From the NCBI GenBank assembly GCA_038207725.1, contig JBBQZN010000006.1, positions 4,824 to 68,823 on the forward strand: a stretch of DNA of 64,000 nt, written 5' to 3'. Position numbers and translations under genes: made by a program. The notes under the pieces were generated by a model, which was given only the letters and a program-made list of their open reading frames with translations, had not been told where the DNA came from and did not search any database. Each line of letters begins with the position of its first letter. The first letter of the stretch is position 1. Shown piece after piece: positions 9,527 to 19,513 of the stretch. The stretch comes from Bacteroidales bacterium. Its GTDB lineage: Bacteria; Bacteroidota; Bacteroidia; Bacteroidales; VadinHA17.

Positions 9527-10921
9527 ATGATTAAACATCTCATATTAAGTGTTTTAATTACGGCTTTTTCATCTGTACATTTATTTGCAGAGGAAAAAGT
9601 GTTCATAAGTGATATTCATATTGCCGGCAACAGAACAACAAAGGAAAAGGTAATTTTAAGGGAGCTGACATTTCAAAAGGGCGATACCTTATATATATAT
9701 GATTTTGAAAAGAGATTAGCACTTTCGCGTGAAAATCTCCTGAACACATCGCTGTTTAATTATGTATCAATCAGCAAAAATGACATTTCAGCAGGCAAAA
9801 TTAATATCATCATATCGGTTGAAGAGCGCTGGTATACATGGCCATCGGTGATTCTTAAATATGATGACAGAAATTTCAGTGCCTGGCTGAAGGAAGGTGA
9901 TCTGTCACGATCAATGTATGGAGTTTCGCTCGAGAAGTACAATTTCAGAGGAAGAAAAGAGAATCTTAAATTAGCTTTACTTTCCGGTTATGCCAATCAA
10001 TTCTATCTATCATATAAAAACATTGCCTTAGACAGTAAAAAGAAACATTTTATAGGCGCTGATATTGAACTTTCAAAACAGGATGAGATAATTTATAAAA
10101 CAGAAGATAATAAACCTGTTACTTTCAGCAACAGTTACAAAACAGTTTATGAGCGTCAGAAGTATACATTTAATTATATGTACAGGCCCTTTATTTACAG
10201 CCGGCATAATTTCTATTTCAACTATGTAAAATACAATGTGGCTGATACAATTATCAGGCTAAACCCTATTTTTCTTTTAAACGGAAAATCAAAAATGAAC
10301 TGTTTTACACTTGACTATCTCTATACTTTTGACAAACGCGATCTGAAAGCATATCCACTTGATGGATCAGTATTCGAAATTCTGATCGGACAAACAATTT
10401 CAACACAATCATCTGATAACAGATTTTCTTCCACAGTTGTAATACCAACCTACTACAGGTACTTTGAAATCAATAAACGGTTCCATTATGCTGCAGGGTT
10501 TAACCTTAAACTCTCTTTTACTAATAATCCTTCGTATATGTACTCAAAATCAATGGGATACAATTACAACATGCATGGTTTTGAGTATAATACAATAGAA
10601 GGTCAGCATTTTATTATTATAAAAAACCTTTTCAAGATTACACTCCTGAATCCACGGGTTTCCGAATTGAGATTTATTCCTCTCAAAAAATTCAATAAGG
10701 TCCATTATGCCTTATACTTTAATATCTTCAGTGATATGGGGTATGTTTCAGACAAATACAGTACCGATGACAATGATTATGCAAATAAATTTCTGGTAAG
10801 TGCCGGAGCAGGCCTTGATCTTGTGACGTATTATGACAGGACATTCAGATTTGAATATGCAATTAATGGTTTTGGCAAGAGCGGATTTTTCATTCATCTT
10901 ACTGCTCCTCTTAATAAATAG
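9527..10921 (+). CDS. Omp85/BamA-family outer-membrane protein (single POTRA plus beta-barrel)
   Basis: POTRA-like IHIAGNRTTKEKVILRELTFQKGD. The rest is rich in aromatic-alternating beta strands, ending in ...FFIHLTAPLNK. Confidence 0.65.
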   Translation: MIKHLILSVLITAFSSVHLFAEEKVFISDIHIAGNRTTKEKVILRELTFQKGDTLYIYDFEKRLALSRENLLNTSLFNYVSISKNDISAGKINIIISVEERWYTWPSVILKYDDRNFSAWLKEGDLSRSMYGVSLEKYNFRGRKENLKLALLSGYANQFYLSYKNIALDSKKKHFIGADIELSKQDEIIYKTEDNKPVTFSNSYKTVYERQKYTFNYMYRPFIYSRHNFYFNYVKYNVADTIIRLNPIFLLNGKSKMNCFTLDYLYTFDKRDLKAYPLDGSVFEILIGQTISTQSSDNRFSSTVVIPTYYRYFEINKRFHYAAGFNLKLSFTNNPSYMYSKSMGYNYNMHGFEYNTIEGQHFIIIKNLFKITLLNPRVSELRFIPLKKFNKVHYALYFNIFSDMGYVSDKYSTDDNDYANKFLVSAGAGLDLVTYYDRTFRFEYAINGFGKSGFFIHLTAPLNK

Positions 10922-10960
10922 ACTATTTTTATATCAACTTGATAAATTCAAATCAATAAC

Positions 10961-12064
10961 ATGTTTCTTATGAAATCATTTCAACTCCTGGCACTTGCGT
11001 TCATACTGATTATCAGTAGTTCAGCTGGCATAAAGCAATCGAAAACAGTTGTTTCAATAAAGGATGGCCAGTTCTATATCAATGGGAAAATTACATATGA
11101 AGAAAGGTACTGGAACGGTACAAAAATTGAAGGATTACTTATGAATTCACGAATGGTTCAGGGAATTTATGATGATGTTAATACTGAAACAACTGATTTA
11201 TGGGTTTATCCTGATACCAAAAAGTGGGATGCAGAGCGTAATAACAATGAGTTTATTAAAAACATGAGTAAATGGAAAAGTTACGGACTGCTTTCATTTA
11301 CAATAAATATGCAGGGAGGCAGTCCTCAGGGATATTCTGCCTCACAGCCATGGAATAACTCAGCATTTTCTAATGATGGATCGCTCAAGCCGGAATATAT
11401 GAAAAGACTTGAGAAAATACTGGATAAGGCAGATGAACTGGGTATGGTCCCGATTCTCGGACTGTTCTATTTCGGTCAGGATGAGAGATTAACTGATGAA
11501 AAAGCAATCATAAATGCAGTTAACAATACAATTGAATGGCTCTTTGTTCGCGATTACCGCAATATTCTTATAGAGATTGATAATGAATGTAATGTGAATA
11601 AGTATGATCATGATATCCTTAAACCTGAAAGAGTGCATGAGCTCATCGAACTTGCAAAAAGTAAGGAGAAGAATGGTTTCAGGTATTATGTGAGCACGAG
11701 CTATGGAGGCGGTGCGATACCTCAGCCAAATGTTGTAAAAGTATCTGATTTCATACTATTGCATGGCAATGGCGTAACAAATCCCGACAGAATAACTGAA
11801 ATGGTTGAAAAGACTAGAAAAGTAGAAGGATACAAATTACAACCTGTTTTATTCAATGAGGATGACCATTTTAACTTCAAACAGGAACATAATAACTTTA
11901 CAGCAGCAGTAAAAAGTTATGCTTCATGGGGCTACTTTGATTACAGGATGAAGGATGAAGGTTTTTCTGAAGGTTATCAGAGTGTTCCAGTTGACTGGGG
12001 CATCAACTCTGAAAGAAAAATTCAATTCTTCGGGCTGCTGAAAGAGATAACTGGGACAAAATAG
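10961..12064 (+). CDS. putative secreted TIM-barrel glycoside hydrolase (GH5-like NE motif)
   Basis: Signal peptide and an IEIDNECN motif resembling the GH-A clan acid/base Asn-Glu. The function is tentative. Confidence 0.5.
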   Translation: MFLMKSFQLLALAFILIISSSAGIKQSKTVVSIKDGQFYINGKITYEERYWNGTKIEGLLMNSRMVQGIYDDVNTETTDLWVYPDTKKWDAERNNNEFIKNMSKWKSYGLLSFTINMQGGSPQGYSASQPWNNSAFSNDGSLKPEYMKRLEKILDKADELGMVPILGLFYFGQDERLTDEKAIINAVNNTIEWLFVRDYRNILIEIDNECNVNKYDHDILKPERVHELIELAKSKEKNGFRYYVSTSYGGGAIPQPNVVKVSDFILLHGNGVTNPDRITEMVEKTRKVEGYKLQPVLFNEDDHFNFKQEHNNFTAAVKSYASWGYFDYRMKDEGFSEGYQSVPVDWGINSERKIQFFGLLKEITGTK

Positions 12065-12173
12065 GCTTTTAAGTATTGAAATTGCCTTCCTTTTTGTTAG
12101 TTTTATGCCCGTTATGAACGAATATCATTCTGAATTAAAATTCATTATTATACATCATTAAATTTCCAGAAAA

Positions 12174-12974
12174 ATGAAAAAGATTACATTAGCATCAATC
12201 ATTATGTTCGCATTTCTTGCAAGCAGTTGCAAGAATGAGAAACCTATTCAGATTACAGACCTTCATATTCACGTAAAAGGAGGATTTACGATAGAAGATG
12301 CAGTAATAAAATCAAAAAAAGAGAATATAAACTACGGTATTGTGATGAACTGCGGTGTTGGTTTCCCTGTTCATAACGACAGTCAGATTGATTCAGTGCT
12401 TCTTACCCTGAAGGATTATCCTCAGTTTGTGATAGGGATGCAGGCTGAAGGAAGAGAATGGGTTAACACCTTCTCACAGGAATCAATGAACAAATTTGAT
12501 TATGTTTTTACTGATGGAATGACATTTACTGATGCACAGGGCAGAAGGAACAGGATCTGGGTAAAAGAAGAAACATGGATTGATAATGAAGAAGAGTTCA
12601 TGGATTATCTGGTTAATACTATTGAAAAAATTCTTCTCACAGAACCAATAAATATTTATGTAAACCCAACATTCCTGCCGGCTCAGATGGCAGACAGATA
12701 TGACACATTCTGGACAGATGCCAGAATGGACAAGGTAATCAATGCTGCAAAGGCAAAGAATGTTGCGATCGAAATAAACAACAGGTACAAGATCCCTTCT
12801 GTTAAATTTCTTGAAAGGGCTAAAAAGGCAGGAGTAAAATTCACAGTTGGAACAAATAATGCAAATGCCGATTTTACTGGTGCTGCATACGCCCTTGAAG
12901 TCATTGAAAAATTAGGTCTTACTCAGGACTATTTCTACCAGCCTGTCAATAAAAGGGTGAATGGAAAACTTTGA
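12174..12974 (+). CDS. hypothetical lipoprotein, possible metal-dependent hydrolase
   Basis: Lipobox LASSC and an N-terminal DLHIHVKGG His motif. No firm family assignment. Confidence 0.5.
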   Translation: MKKITLASIIMFAFLASSCKNEKPIQITDLHIHVKGGFTIEDAVIKSKKENINYGIVMNCGVGFPVHNDSQIDSVLLTLKDYPQFVIGMQAEGREWVNTFSQESMNKFDYVFTDGMTFTDAQGRRNRIWVKEETWIDNEEEFMDYLVNTIEKILLTEPINIYVNPTFLPAQMADRYDTFWTDARMDKVINAAKAKNVAIEINNRYKIPSVKFLERAKKAGVKFTVGTNNANADFTGAAYALEVIEKLGLTQDYFYQPVNKRVNGKL

Positions 12975-13605
12975 TATATTCAGAGTTTTAAAGTTTCTCC
13001 CGGGAATTGTTCTTGGACTTACAATTCATGAATTCAGTCATGCCTGGGTAGCTCACAGGTGTGGAGATTCAACTTCTAAAGATCAGGGAAGAGTTACTCT
13101 CAATCCTCTTAAACACATTGATGTTTTTGGTTTTGCTATGCTTATTATCGCTGGTTTCGGATGGGCGAAACCTGTTCACTTCAATGAGCAAAATCTGAGA
13201 AACCCCAAGACTGACATAATGAAAATTGCTGTTGCAGGACCAGTGTCAAATGCCATTCTAGCAATGCTCCTGTCGGTAATATTTTCAGCCTATGTTTCAA
13301 TACTGCCTCTTTATCAGAGCAATTGGATGAACATTGTAAAAGAAGTATTTATTTATGGGATCTATATAAACTGGGGACTATTTATTTTCAACCTTATTCC
13401 TCTGCCTCCCCTTGATGGTTCACACCTTCTTTTTAACTACTTCAGAAAGTATCCGGCGCTTTACGATGGATTATATAAATATGGCTCATATTTGTTTTTT
13501 GGTCTGATACTTGCAACTATTGTGACCAAGATCAATTTCATACCAATCATGCCTGTCATTGAATTCCTCGGAAACGGATTTCTTTCACTGGTTGGTTACC
13601 ACTAA
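12961..13605 (+). CDS. site-2 protease (M50) family zinc metalloprotease
   Basis: HEFSHAW (HExxH) lies within a TM helix and LPPLDGSH is present. The protein is multi-pass. Confidence 0.8.
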   Translation: MENFDIFRVLKFLPGIVLGLTIHEFSHAWVAHRCGDSTSKDQGRVTLNPLKHIDVFGFAMLIIAGFGWAKPVHFNEQNLRNPKTDIMKIAVAGPVSNAILAMLLSVIFSAYVSILPLYQSNWMNIVKEVFIYGIYINWGLFIFNLIPLPPLDGSHLLFNYFRKYPALYDGLYKYGSYLFFGLILATIVTKINFIPIMPVIEFLGNGFLSLVGYH

Positions 13606-13609
13606 TAAA

Positions 13610-13634
13610 AAGAGAGACAAATAATGTCTCTCTT
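13610..13634. terminator. bidirectional hairpin between the M50 protease gene and tRNA-Arg
   Basis: aagagagaca-aataa-tgtctctctt forms a perfect 10-bp stem flanked by A/T runs. Confidence 0.5.
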
Positions 13635-13636
13635 CG

Positions 13637-13710
13637 TGATTCCGGTGCGACTCGAACGCACGACCCACAGCTTAGAAGGCTGTTGCTCTATCCAACTGAG
13701 CTACGGAACC
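13637..13710 (-). tRNA. tRNA-Arg (anticodon TCT)
   Basis: The reverse complement GGTTCCGTAGCTCAGTTGGATAGAGCAACAGCCTTCTAAGCTGTGGGTCGTGCGTTCGAGTCGCACCGGAATCA folds as a cloverleaf. It has a 7-bp acceptor stem, GTTCGAGTC T-loop, anticodon loop CTTCTAA, and no encoded CCA. Confidence 0.93.
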
Positions 13711-13799
13711 ATTTACCGGCTGCAAAAATACATTTTTTTTCAATTCATGCAAGCCAAATGGAAAATTGTAAATGTGATAAACCTGTCATGCAGTTATAT

Positions 13800-15575
13800 T
13801 CAGGTTGTTTTCATGTAGTTAACAAGTCCTTTTTTATCTATTATATACTTCAGTTTATCCGGTAGTGGTTCAAAATGAAAAACCTCTGCCCCTATCCTGA
13901 TATATCCTTTGTCGAAATGCACTTCGGCTTCCATACCTCTTTTATATGCATCAACTGCTTCCCTGTGAACAATGAGCAGCAATCCCTGATTAATTGATGA
14001 CCTGTAAAAGATTCTATTCACCGATTTTACAATAACAGCCTTTATTCCTATATATGCCAAACCTACTGCAGGATGTTCTCGTGAACTCCCGCAACCAAAA
14101 TTATCCCCGGCAATAATAAGGTCATCCTTCTTAGCATTTTTGCTGAACGATTTGTCAAAGTCCTCAAAAAGCAACGGGACTATTGAAGCAGGATCGGTAC
14201 TTAAAACATTGTAAGTATGTTTTCCGGAAAACATCTGATCGGTATTCAGGTTATCAACATCGGAATAATCCCAGACGTTTCCTGATCTCCTGTCATCAGT
14301 CTCTTTTATTTCAAATGTTATACTCTGTTCTGATTTATAGGGGAATATGTCGTTAAAACCACTGCCACGGGGATCAGTTATCTTTCCTTCCAGTGCAGAA
14401 GTTGCTACTGTACCCGGAGATGCAAGATATATTGCGGCCTCCTTATTTCCCATTCTTCCCGGGAAATTTCTATTTGCTGTAGATATTACAACATGTCCGT
14501 TTGCAGGGATTCCCAGTCCTGTTCCCAGACAAGGTCCGCACGATGGTGTAAGAACACTTGCACCGGCATTAATAAAAACAGAAATCAGTCCCTCTTTAAT
14601 TGCCTGCAGGTAAATTTCAGCTGAGGCCGGTATAATATTCAGCTGAAATCCGGGTTTAATACTCTTTCCTTTTAGTATTCCGGCGGCAATACGGAAATCC
14701 TCTATTCTCCCATTAGTACATGTTCCGATAAGTCCCTCATGCACAACTATTCCGACAACTTCAGAAACAGATTTTATATTATCTACATTGTGGGGAGCCG
14801 CAACAACCGGGAATATTTCGCTTAGATTTATCTCAATCTCCTTAAAATAGACTGCTTCTGGATCAGCCCATACACCTTCTATATTATCATTAAGGAAATC
14901 AGACAAAACTTTATCAGCAGGAAAGACGGCATTCTTCGCCCCCATTTCGGATGCCAGGTTTGCAATTGTCATGCGGTCAGAAATGCTGAGTGATTCTACA
15001 CCCTCACCATGGTATTCGACAGACATGTAATTAGCACCATCAGAACCTATCATCCCAATAATCCAGAGAGACAGGTCTTTAGCAGAGACAAAAGCAGAAA
15101 GTTTTCCAGTAAGAGTGATCTTTACAGATTCAGGAACCCTGAACCAGGTTTCACCTTTCTTCCATATTCCGGCAGATTCTGTACGATCTATTCCGGCAGC
15201 AAAAGAATTAAATGCACCGGCAGTTGAAGTATGACTGTCGCTTCCAACAATAAGCATTCCCGGTCGAGCATGGTACGACATTATCTGATGACATATTCCC
15301 CTTCCGGCATCATAGAATTTTTTAATACCTTGATCAGTAACTATATTCCTGATTTCCTGATACTGTGTTGCCAAACCTGCATCAGCCGGTGGAGCGTTAT
15401 GGTCGAGAACAACAAGCATCTGATCGGGATCAGAGACCATTTCTCCCCCCATTTTTTTGAAGGTTTTATATATACTGGAGGTATTATCGTGGGTCAGAAT
15501 AATATCAGGGCGGGCAAAGACTATTGCACCAGCCGGAGCATTAAATATCTTCTCTGCGAATGTTTGTGGTTTCAT
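13800..15575 (-). CDS. aconitase-family dehydratase, fused large (LeuC-like) and small (LeuD-like) domains, paralogue 2
   Basis: Fe-S ligands GTCTNGR and PSCGPCLG, plus the swivel-domain motif GDNFGCGSSREH. The start was set at ATG 15575, giving an ATGA overlap with the upstream stop. Confidence 0.85.
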   Translation of the reverse strand: MKPQTFAEKIFNAPAGAIVFARPDIILTHDNTSSIYKTFKKMGGEMVSDPDQMLVVLDHNAPPADAGLATQYQEIRNIVTDQGIKKFYDAGRGICHQIMSYHARPGMLIVGSDSHTSTAGAFNSFAAGIDRTESAGIWKKGETWFRVPESVKITLTGKLSAFVSAKDLSLWIIGMIGSDGANYMSVEYHGEGVESLSISDRMTIANLASEMGAKNAVFPADKVLSDFLNDNIEGVWADPEAVYFKEIEINLSEIFPVVAAPHNVDNIKSVSEVVGIVVHEGLIGTCTNGRIEDFRIAAGILKGKSIKPGFQLNIIPASAEIYLQAIKEGLISVFINAGASVLTPSCGPCLGTGLGIPANGHVVISTANRNFPGRMGNKEAAIYLASPGTVATSALEGKITDPRGSGFNDIFPYKSEQSITFEIKETDDRRSGNVWDYSDVDNLNTDQMFSGKHTYNVLSTDPASIVPLLFEDFDKSFSKNAKKDDLIIAGDNFGCGSSREHPAVGLAYIGIKAVIVKSVNRIFYRSSINQGLLLIVHREAVDAYKRGMEAEVHFDKGYIRIGAEVFHFEPLPDKLKYIIDKKGLVNYMKTT

Positions 15576-17416
15576 ATCTTTTTGTGTGTATCTTCCTGAT
15601 TTCCCAGCAATCCGCCTTTCTGCCATATTTCTAACTGGACTTCAGAAAATGGTTCGGCTTTTTCGGATATCTCAGTACGTAGATTTTTTATTTCACCTGT
15701 TTTAAAATCAATCTGAAGAATATCTCCATCAACAATATCTGCTTCGTGCAATGTTTTCCACATAATAACAGGCAAAGCAGCATTGATGGCATTACGTTCA
15801 TAAATGGCTCCAAAGGATTCGGCAATAATCGCACTTATCCCAAGTGCAAGGAAGCAATCGACAGCCTGTTGCCGGGAGCTGCCGCAACCGAAGTTTTTCC
15901 CGGCAATTATTATATTTCCCGGCTTAACATTCTTTGAAAAATCCTCAAATCCTTTCATATTATTGAAGGCATATTTGCCCATTTCCTTTGGATCAGTAAT
16001 GGCAAGGTATCGGTTATGGAAAATCATATCGGTATCTATATTATCTTTATTAAGCACCCATACTATTCCTTCAATAACGTTTTTTTTATGTTCTGGTATT
16101 ATTTGTTGAGATGATCTGTTTTGTTTCTCCGATTTTGAGATTAAGGGCTTTTCAAAATTTGCGGGTATTAATGGTATTTTATCAGGAGTTGTAATAAAAC
16201 CTGCAACTGCTGATGCTGCTACCACTTCGGGAGAAGCCAGGAATACACTTCCCTTTCCCTGTTTTCCCGGAAAATTTCTGTTGCCTGTGCTTATTGTAAC
16301 TTCACCCAGACCATTTTGACCTACCTGACCTGCGGCACATCCTGCACATCCTGCATTTGAAACCAGAGCGCCTGCCTTTTTAAACACATCAATCAGGCCT
16401 TCTTTCAGACACATCTTCCATACCTGGTCAGTAGAAGGAACAATTTTAAGAACCACGCCAGGAGCTGTCTTCCTGTCTTTGAGAATTGATGCAGCTATTC
16501 TCATATCGCTTATTCTGCCGTTTGTGCAACTGCCTATGAAAGCTGAATCAATTTTCTGACCATATACTTCAGTTACCGGAACTGTATCATGGGGTTCGCC
16601 TGGTCGCGCAACCATTGGTGTAAAGCTTCCGGTGTCAATGCTGAATTCCTTTTCGTAATTGGCATCATTATCAGCAGTAAATAAAGGAAATTTTACTCTG
16701 GAGCGTTTTGAACAATAATCTATTATCTCTTTGGACTGAGGAAATAAAATTATTATCGCACCCATTTCAGTTGCCATCGATGAAATAGTGATTCTTTCGT
16801 CGAGGCTGAGCTTCTCAGAAACCTCACCTGACATTTCAACAGAGTAGCCAAGAAGCGAATTTGCACCAAATATTTTCAGCAAATTCAGGATAATATCTTT
16901 TGGAGACACATCAGATGGAGTTGAGCCAAACAGATTTATTCTGACAGATGGAGGAATTTTGAACCATACCTTTCCGTTATGCCATGCAGCAGCAATATCC
17001 ATATCGCCCATTCCCTGACCAAAAGCTCCGATAGCGCCAAGGATATTGGCATGTGAATCAGTTGATATAGCAGTACTCCCCGGATGTATATAACCCTCAT
17101 CAATAAGCAGATGTGTTCCTATGCCAGCGTCGATATCATATATTTTTATCTCATGTTCCCTTGCAAAAAGGCGGCAGACATGCTGATTTATTGCATATTT
17201 CTGATCAGAGCCGGTAGGGTTACAGTCGAATGTGAAAATTGTTTTTGAAGGATCGTCAATAGAAAGGTTAAAGTCATTTAGATTTTTAACAACATTGGCA
17301 CCTCCAAAGTCACGGGCTACTCTGCAATCAATTGAAATATCGATTATTTCACCCGGATGAACTACGTCAAATTTTGAATGTGCAGAAAGAATTTTCTCCA
17401 GCAGAGTCATGGCCAT
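15572..17416 (-). CDS. aconitase-family dehydratase, fused large and small domains, paralogue 1
   Basis: Fe-S ligands GSCTNGR and AGCAGCAAG, plus a divergent swivel motif GKNFGCGSSRQQ. A linker of about 45 aa joins the two domains. Confidence 0.85.
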   Translation of the reverse strand: MAMTLLEKILSAHSKFDVVHPGEIIDISIDCRVARDFGGANVVKNLNDFNLSIDDPSKTIFTFDCNPTGSDQKYAINQHVCRLFAREHEIKIYDIDAGIGTHLLIDEGYIHPGSTAISTDSHANILGAIGAFGQGMGDMDIAAAWHNGKVWFKIPPSVRINLFGSTPSDVSPKDIILNLLKIFGANSLLGYSVEMSGEVSEKLSLDERITISSMATEMGAIIILFPQSKEIIDYCSKRSRVKFPLFTADNDANYEKEFSIDTGSFTPMVARPGEPHDTVPVTEVYGQKIDSAFIGSCTNGRISDMRIAASILKDRKTAPGVVLKIVPSTDQVWKMCLKEGLIDVFKKAGALVSNAGCAGCAAGQVGQNGLGEVTISTGNRNFPGKQGKGSVFLASPEVVAASAVAGFITTPDKIPLIPANFEKPLISKSEKQNRSSQQIIPEHKKNVIEGIVWVLNKDNIDTDMIFHNRYLAITDPKEMGKYAFNNMKGFEDFSKNVKPGNIIIAGKNFGCGSSRQQAVDCFLALGISAIIAESFGAIYERNAINAALPVIMWKTLHEADIVDGDILQIDFKTGEIKNLRTEISEKAEPFSEVQLEIWQKGGLLGNQEDTHKKI

Positions 17417-17466
17417 AACCTGATTATTAACGAAACATGCAGAATCTAAGATTTACTTCGCAAAAA

Positions 17467-18315
17467 CTATTTGAACTGCGCCCTGTAATAGCGGGGAGAG
17501 ATGCCTTCTGTTTTGCGAAACTGCTTATTAAAATTGGAAATACTTGCAAATCCGCATTCAATAGCAATATCGTGGACCTGGTATTCAGTTTCGCGCAGCA
17601 GGTAGCAGGCTTTGTTTGTTCTTACTCTGTTAAGAAATTCCACAAAACCGGCACCGCAGTTCTTCTTAAAATAACGGCTGAATGAAAATGGGCTCATGTG
17701 AGCAATTTTTGAGATCCTCTCAAGAGAAATAGGTTTAAAGTAGTTTTCTCTTATATAGTTATAGACATCAGTCATTCTTTTATTGCCTCTCTCATCAAAT
17801 GCAATCCTGTAATTTTCTGAGCAAAGGGTGTTTTTTCTTTCCGATGAGGATAGTATTTTAATAACATTAAAAAAATCAATCATTTTATCAATTCCTTTGT
17901 TATTTACCATATTAACAAGATGTTTTTCAGCAGCTTTCGCATCATCTACTGAAAAGGCAATACCTCTTTCAGCTTCTGTTAGTAACTCTTTAAAGGAATG
18001 AAATTCATGTTGAGACAGCAGAGTATCGCCCAGTGATTCAAGTTTAAAATGGACCATAATCCCATGCTTTTCAGGAAGAGCGTTGTCCTGCCGATAGTAG
18101 TTCCAGCAATGAGGGATATTGCCCGCCAGCAGTATCAAATCATACTGATCGAATAGTTCAACACTATCTCCTACGATTCTTGTCCCATTGCTTAATGTGT
18201 TAAGCACAAGTTCATATTCGGGATGGAAATGCCATAATCCGCCAGAATCATTTACATACTCCGCTCTGAAACCACCACCGTCATCGTAAGAAATTTTTTC
18301 CAGTTCCGCAACCAT
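17467..18315 (-). CDS. AraC-family transcriptional regulator (cupin-like N-domain plus HTH)
   Basis: C-terminal AraC HTH (ISKIAHMSPFSFSRYFKK ... IAIECGFASISNFNKQFRK). The start was moved to MVAELEK (ATG at 18315), because the 72-aa upstream extension in the track looks non-coding. Confidence 0.82.
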   Translation of the reverse strand: MVAELEKISYDDGGGFRAEYVNDSGGLWHFHPEYELVLNTLSNGTRIVGDSVELFDQYDLILLAGNIPHCWNYYRQDNALPEKHGIMVHFKLESLGDTLLSQHEFHSFKELLTEAERGIAFSVDDAKAAEKHLVNMVNNKGIDKMIDFFNVIKILSSSERKNTLCSENYRIAFDERGNKRMTDVYNYIRENYFKPISLERISKIAHMSPFSFSRYFKKNCGAGFVEFLNRVRTNKACYLLRETEYQVHDIAIECGFASISNFNKQFRKTEGISPRYYRAQFK

Positions 18316-18790
18316 CTGAATTAGTTGAATTAAGTGCGCTGTGATCAAAAATAAGCAATATTTTTTCAAAAAAACGAGAATTGATTGTATAATTTTTTTT
18401 AAATTCTTGGTTTTAATTAAAATATTCTGTATATTTGTTATCAAACTCATGCTATATACATTAAGAGGAGATGAGTAAAGGTTGGGAGTGAAAATCAACA
18501 GGATTGTATTGCAGACATTGACTTTCACATCAGGAATCTAAGGTATAGCGCCAGCTAACCATGGTTCCATCCTTTTATCAGACAGTAGACACGGAATTTA
18601 TCTTCACAAGTAAATTCCACTCCCAGGTTTTCACAACCGTCCTTTCTCCTCTTATTTTTTTCAAAAACGAATCCCCCTAGTTTCTGCATTTTATACTTTT
18701 TACTTCACAATTGAAAAATGAACTATCTTTGACGCCTATCAGATAGGGGAATTCTGAAATTTTTTTTTTTAAAAACCTGAATATAGTATA

Positions 18791-19513
18791 ATGAAGACCT
18801 ATATCAGAAGAAGGGATAAGAACACTCATCTCGTAGTTTTTTATGGTGGCTGGGGAACTGATGAGAATGTTTTTCTGCCTCTCTGTAACAATGATTTTGA
18901 TTTTATTCTATTCTATAATTATTCTGCCGACGAAGCGCTTGTACTTCCGGAGATGAAGCGGTACGACAAGATAATTCTTATAGGATGGTCTCTTGGTGTA
19001 TGGGCGGCAGAGCATCTCTCACTTAAAACAGGGATCAAACCTGATGTTACTATTGCAGTAAATGGCACTCCTGTTCCGGCTGATGACAAGTACGGCATAC
19101 CGCTTCACGTTTTCGAAGGAACATTGAATAACATTACCGAGGAAAACATTGAAAAGTTCTATTTCAGAATGTTTGGAGATAAGGAAACCTATGAAAAAAA
19201 TATTGACAGGATTCCACATCGTACACTGAAATCCCTTCATGATGAACTGCGATGGTTGTATAACAGGATAATGGAGCAGAAAGAGCCGGGGTTCAAGTGG
19301 GACTATGCAGTTACAAGTGAAATAGACAGGGTATTTCCATCGGCTAACCTGAATGGTTACTGGGATAAAGAGACTGCTACGAAACACATATTACTTCCCT
19401 TTCCGCATTATTTCTTTCACAAATGGGTTTCATTTTCTGATTTTATCTCATTTGTTGAGAATTACGATGGAAAACTGCCGAAGAAAAAGAAAAAGCAAAT
19501 TTCAAAACTCTAA
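18791..19513 (+). CDS. bioG: DUF452 / BioG-type pimeloyl-ACP methyl ester esterase
   Basis: FYGGWGTD, the GWSLGVW nucleophile elbow, and AVNGTPVPADDKYGIPLHVFEGTLNNITE closely resemble the BioG sequences I recall. Confidence 0.72.
   Translation: MKTYIRRRDKNTHLVVFYGGWGTDENVFLPLCNNDFDFILFYNYSADEALVLPEMKRYDKIILIGWSLGVWAAEHLSLKTGIKPDVTIAVNGTPVPADDKYGIPLHVFEGTLNNITEENIEKFYFRMFGDKETYEKNIDRIPHRTLKSLHDELRWLYNRIMEQKEPGFKWDYAVTSEIDRVFPSANLNGYWDKETATKHILLPFPHYFFHKWVSFSDFISFVENYDGKLPKKKKKQISKL

Noticed and set aside
13624-13865. ORFs 13624-13818 (+) and 13683-13865 (+)
   Set aside because: They overlap tRNA-Arg on the opposite strand and the 3' end of the aconitase-family gene. They have no coding features.
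18316-18528. 72-aa N-terminal extension of the AraC regulator ORF
   Set aside because: The extension is a low-complexity I/L/K/N-rich translation of AT-rich DNA. A normal-length AraC/cupin protein begins at MVAELEK (18315).
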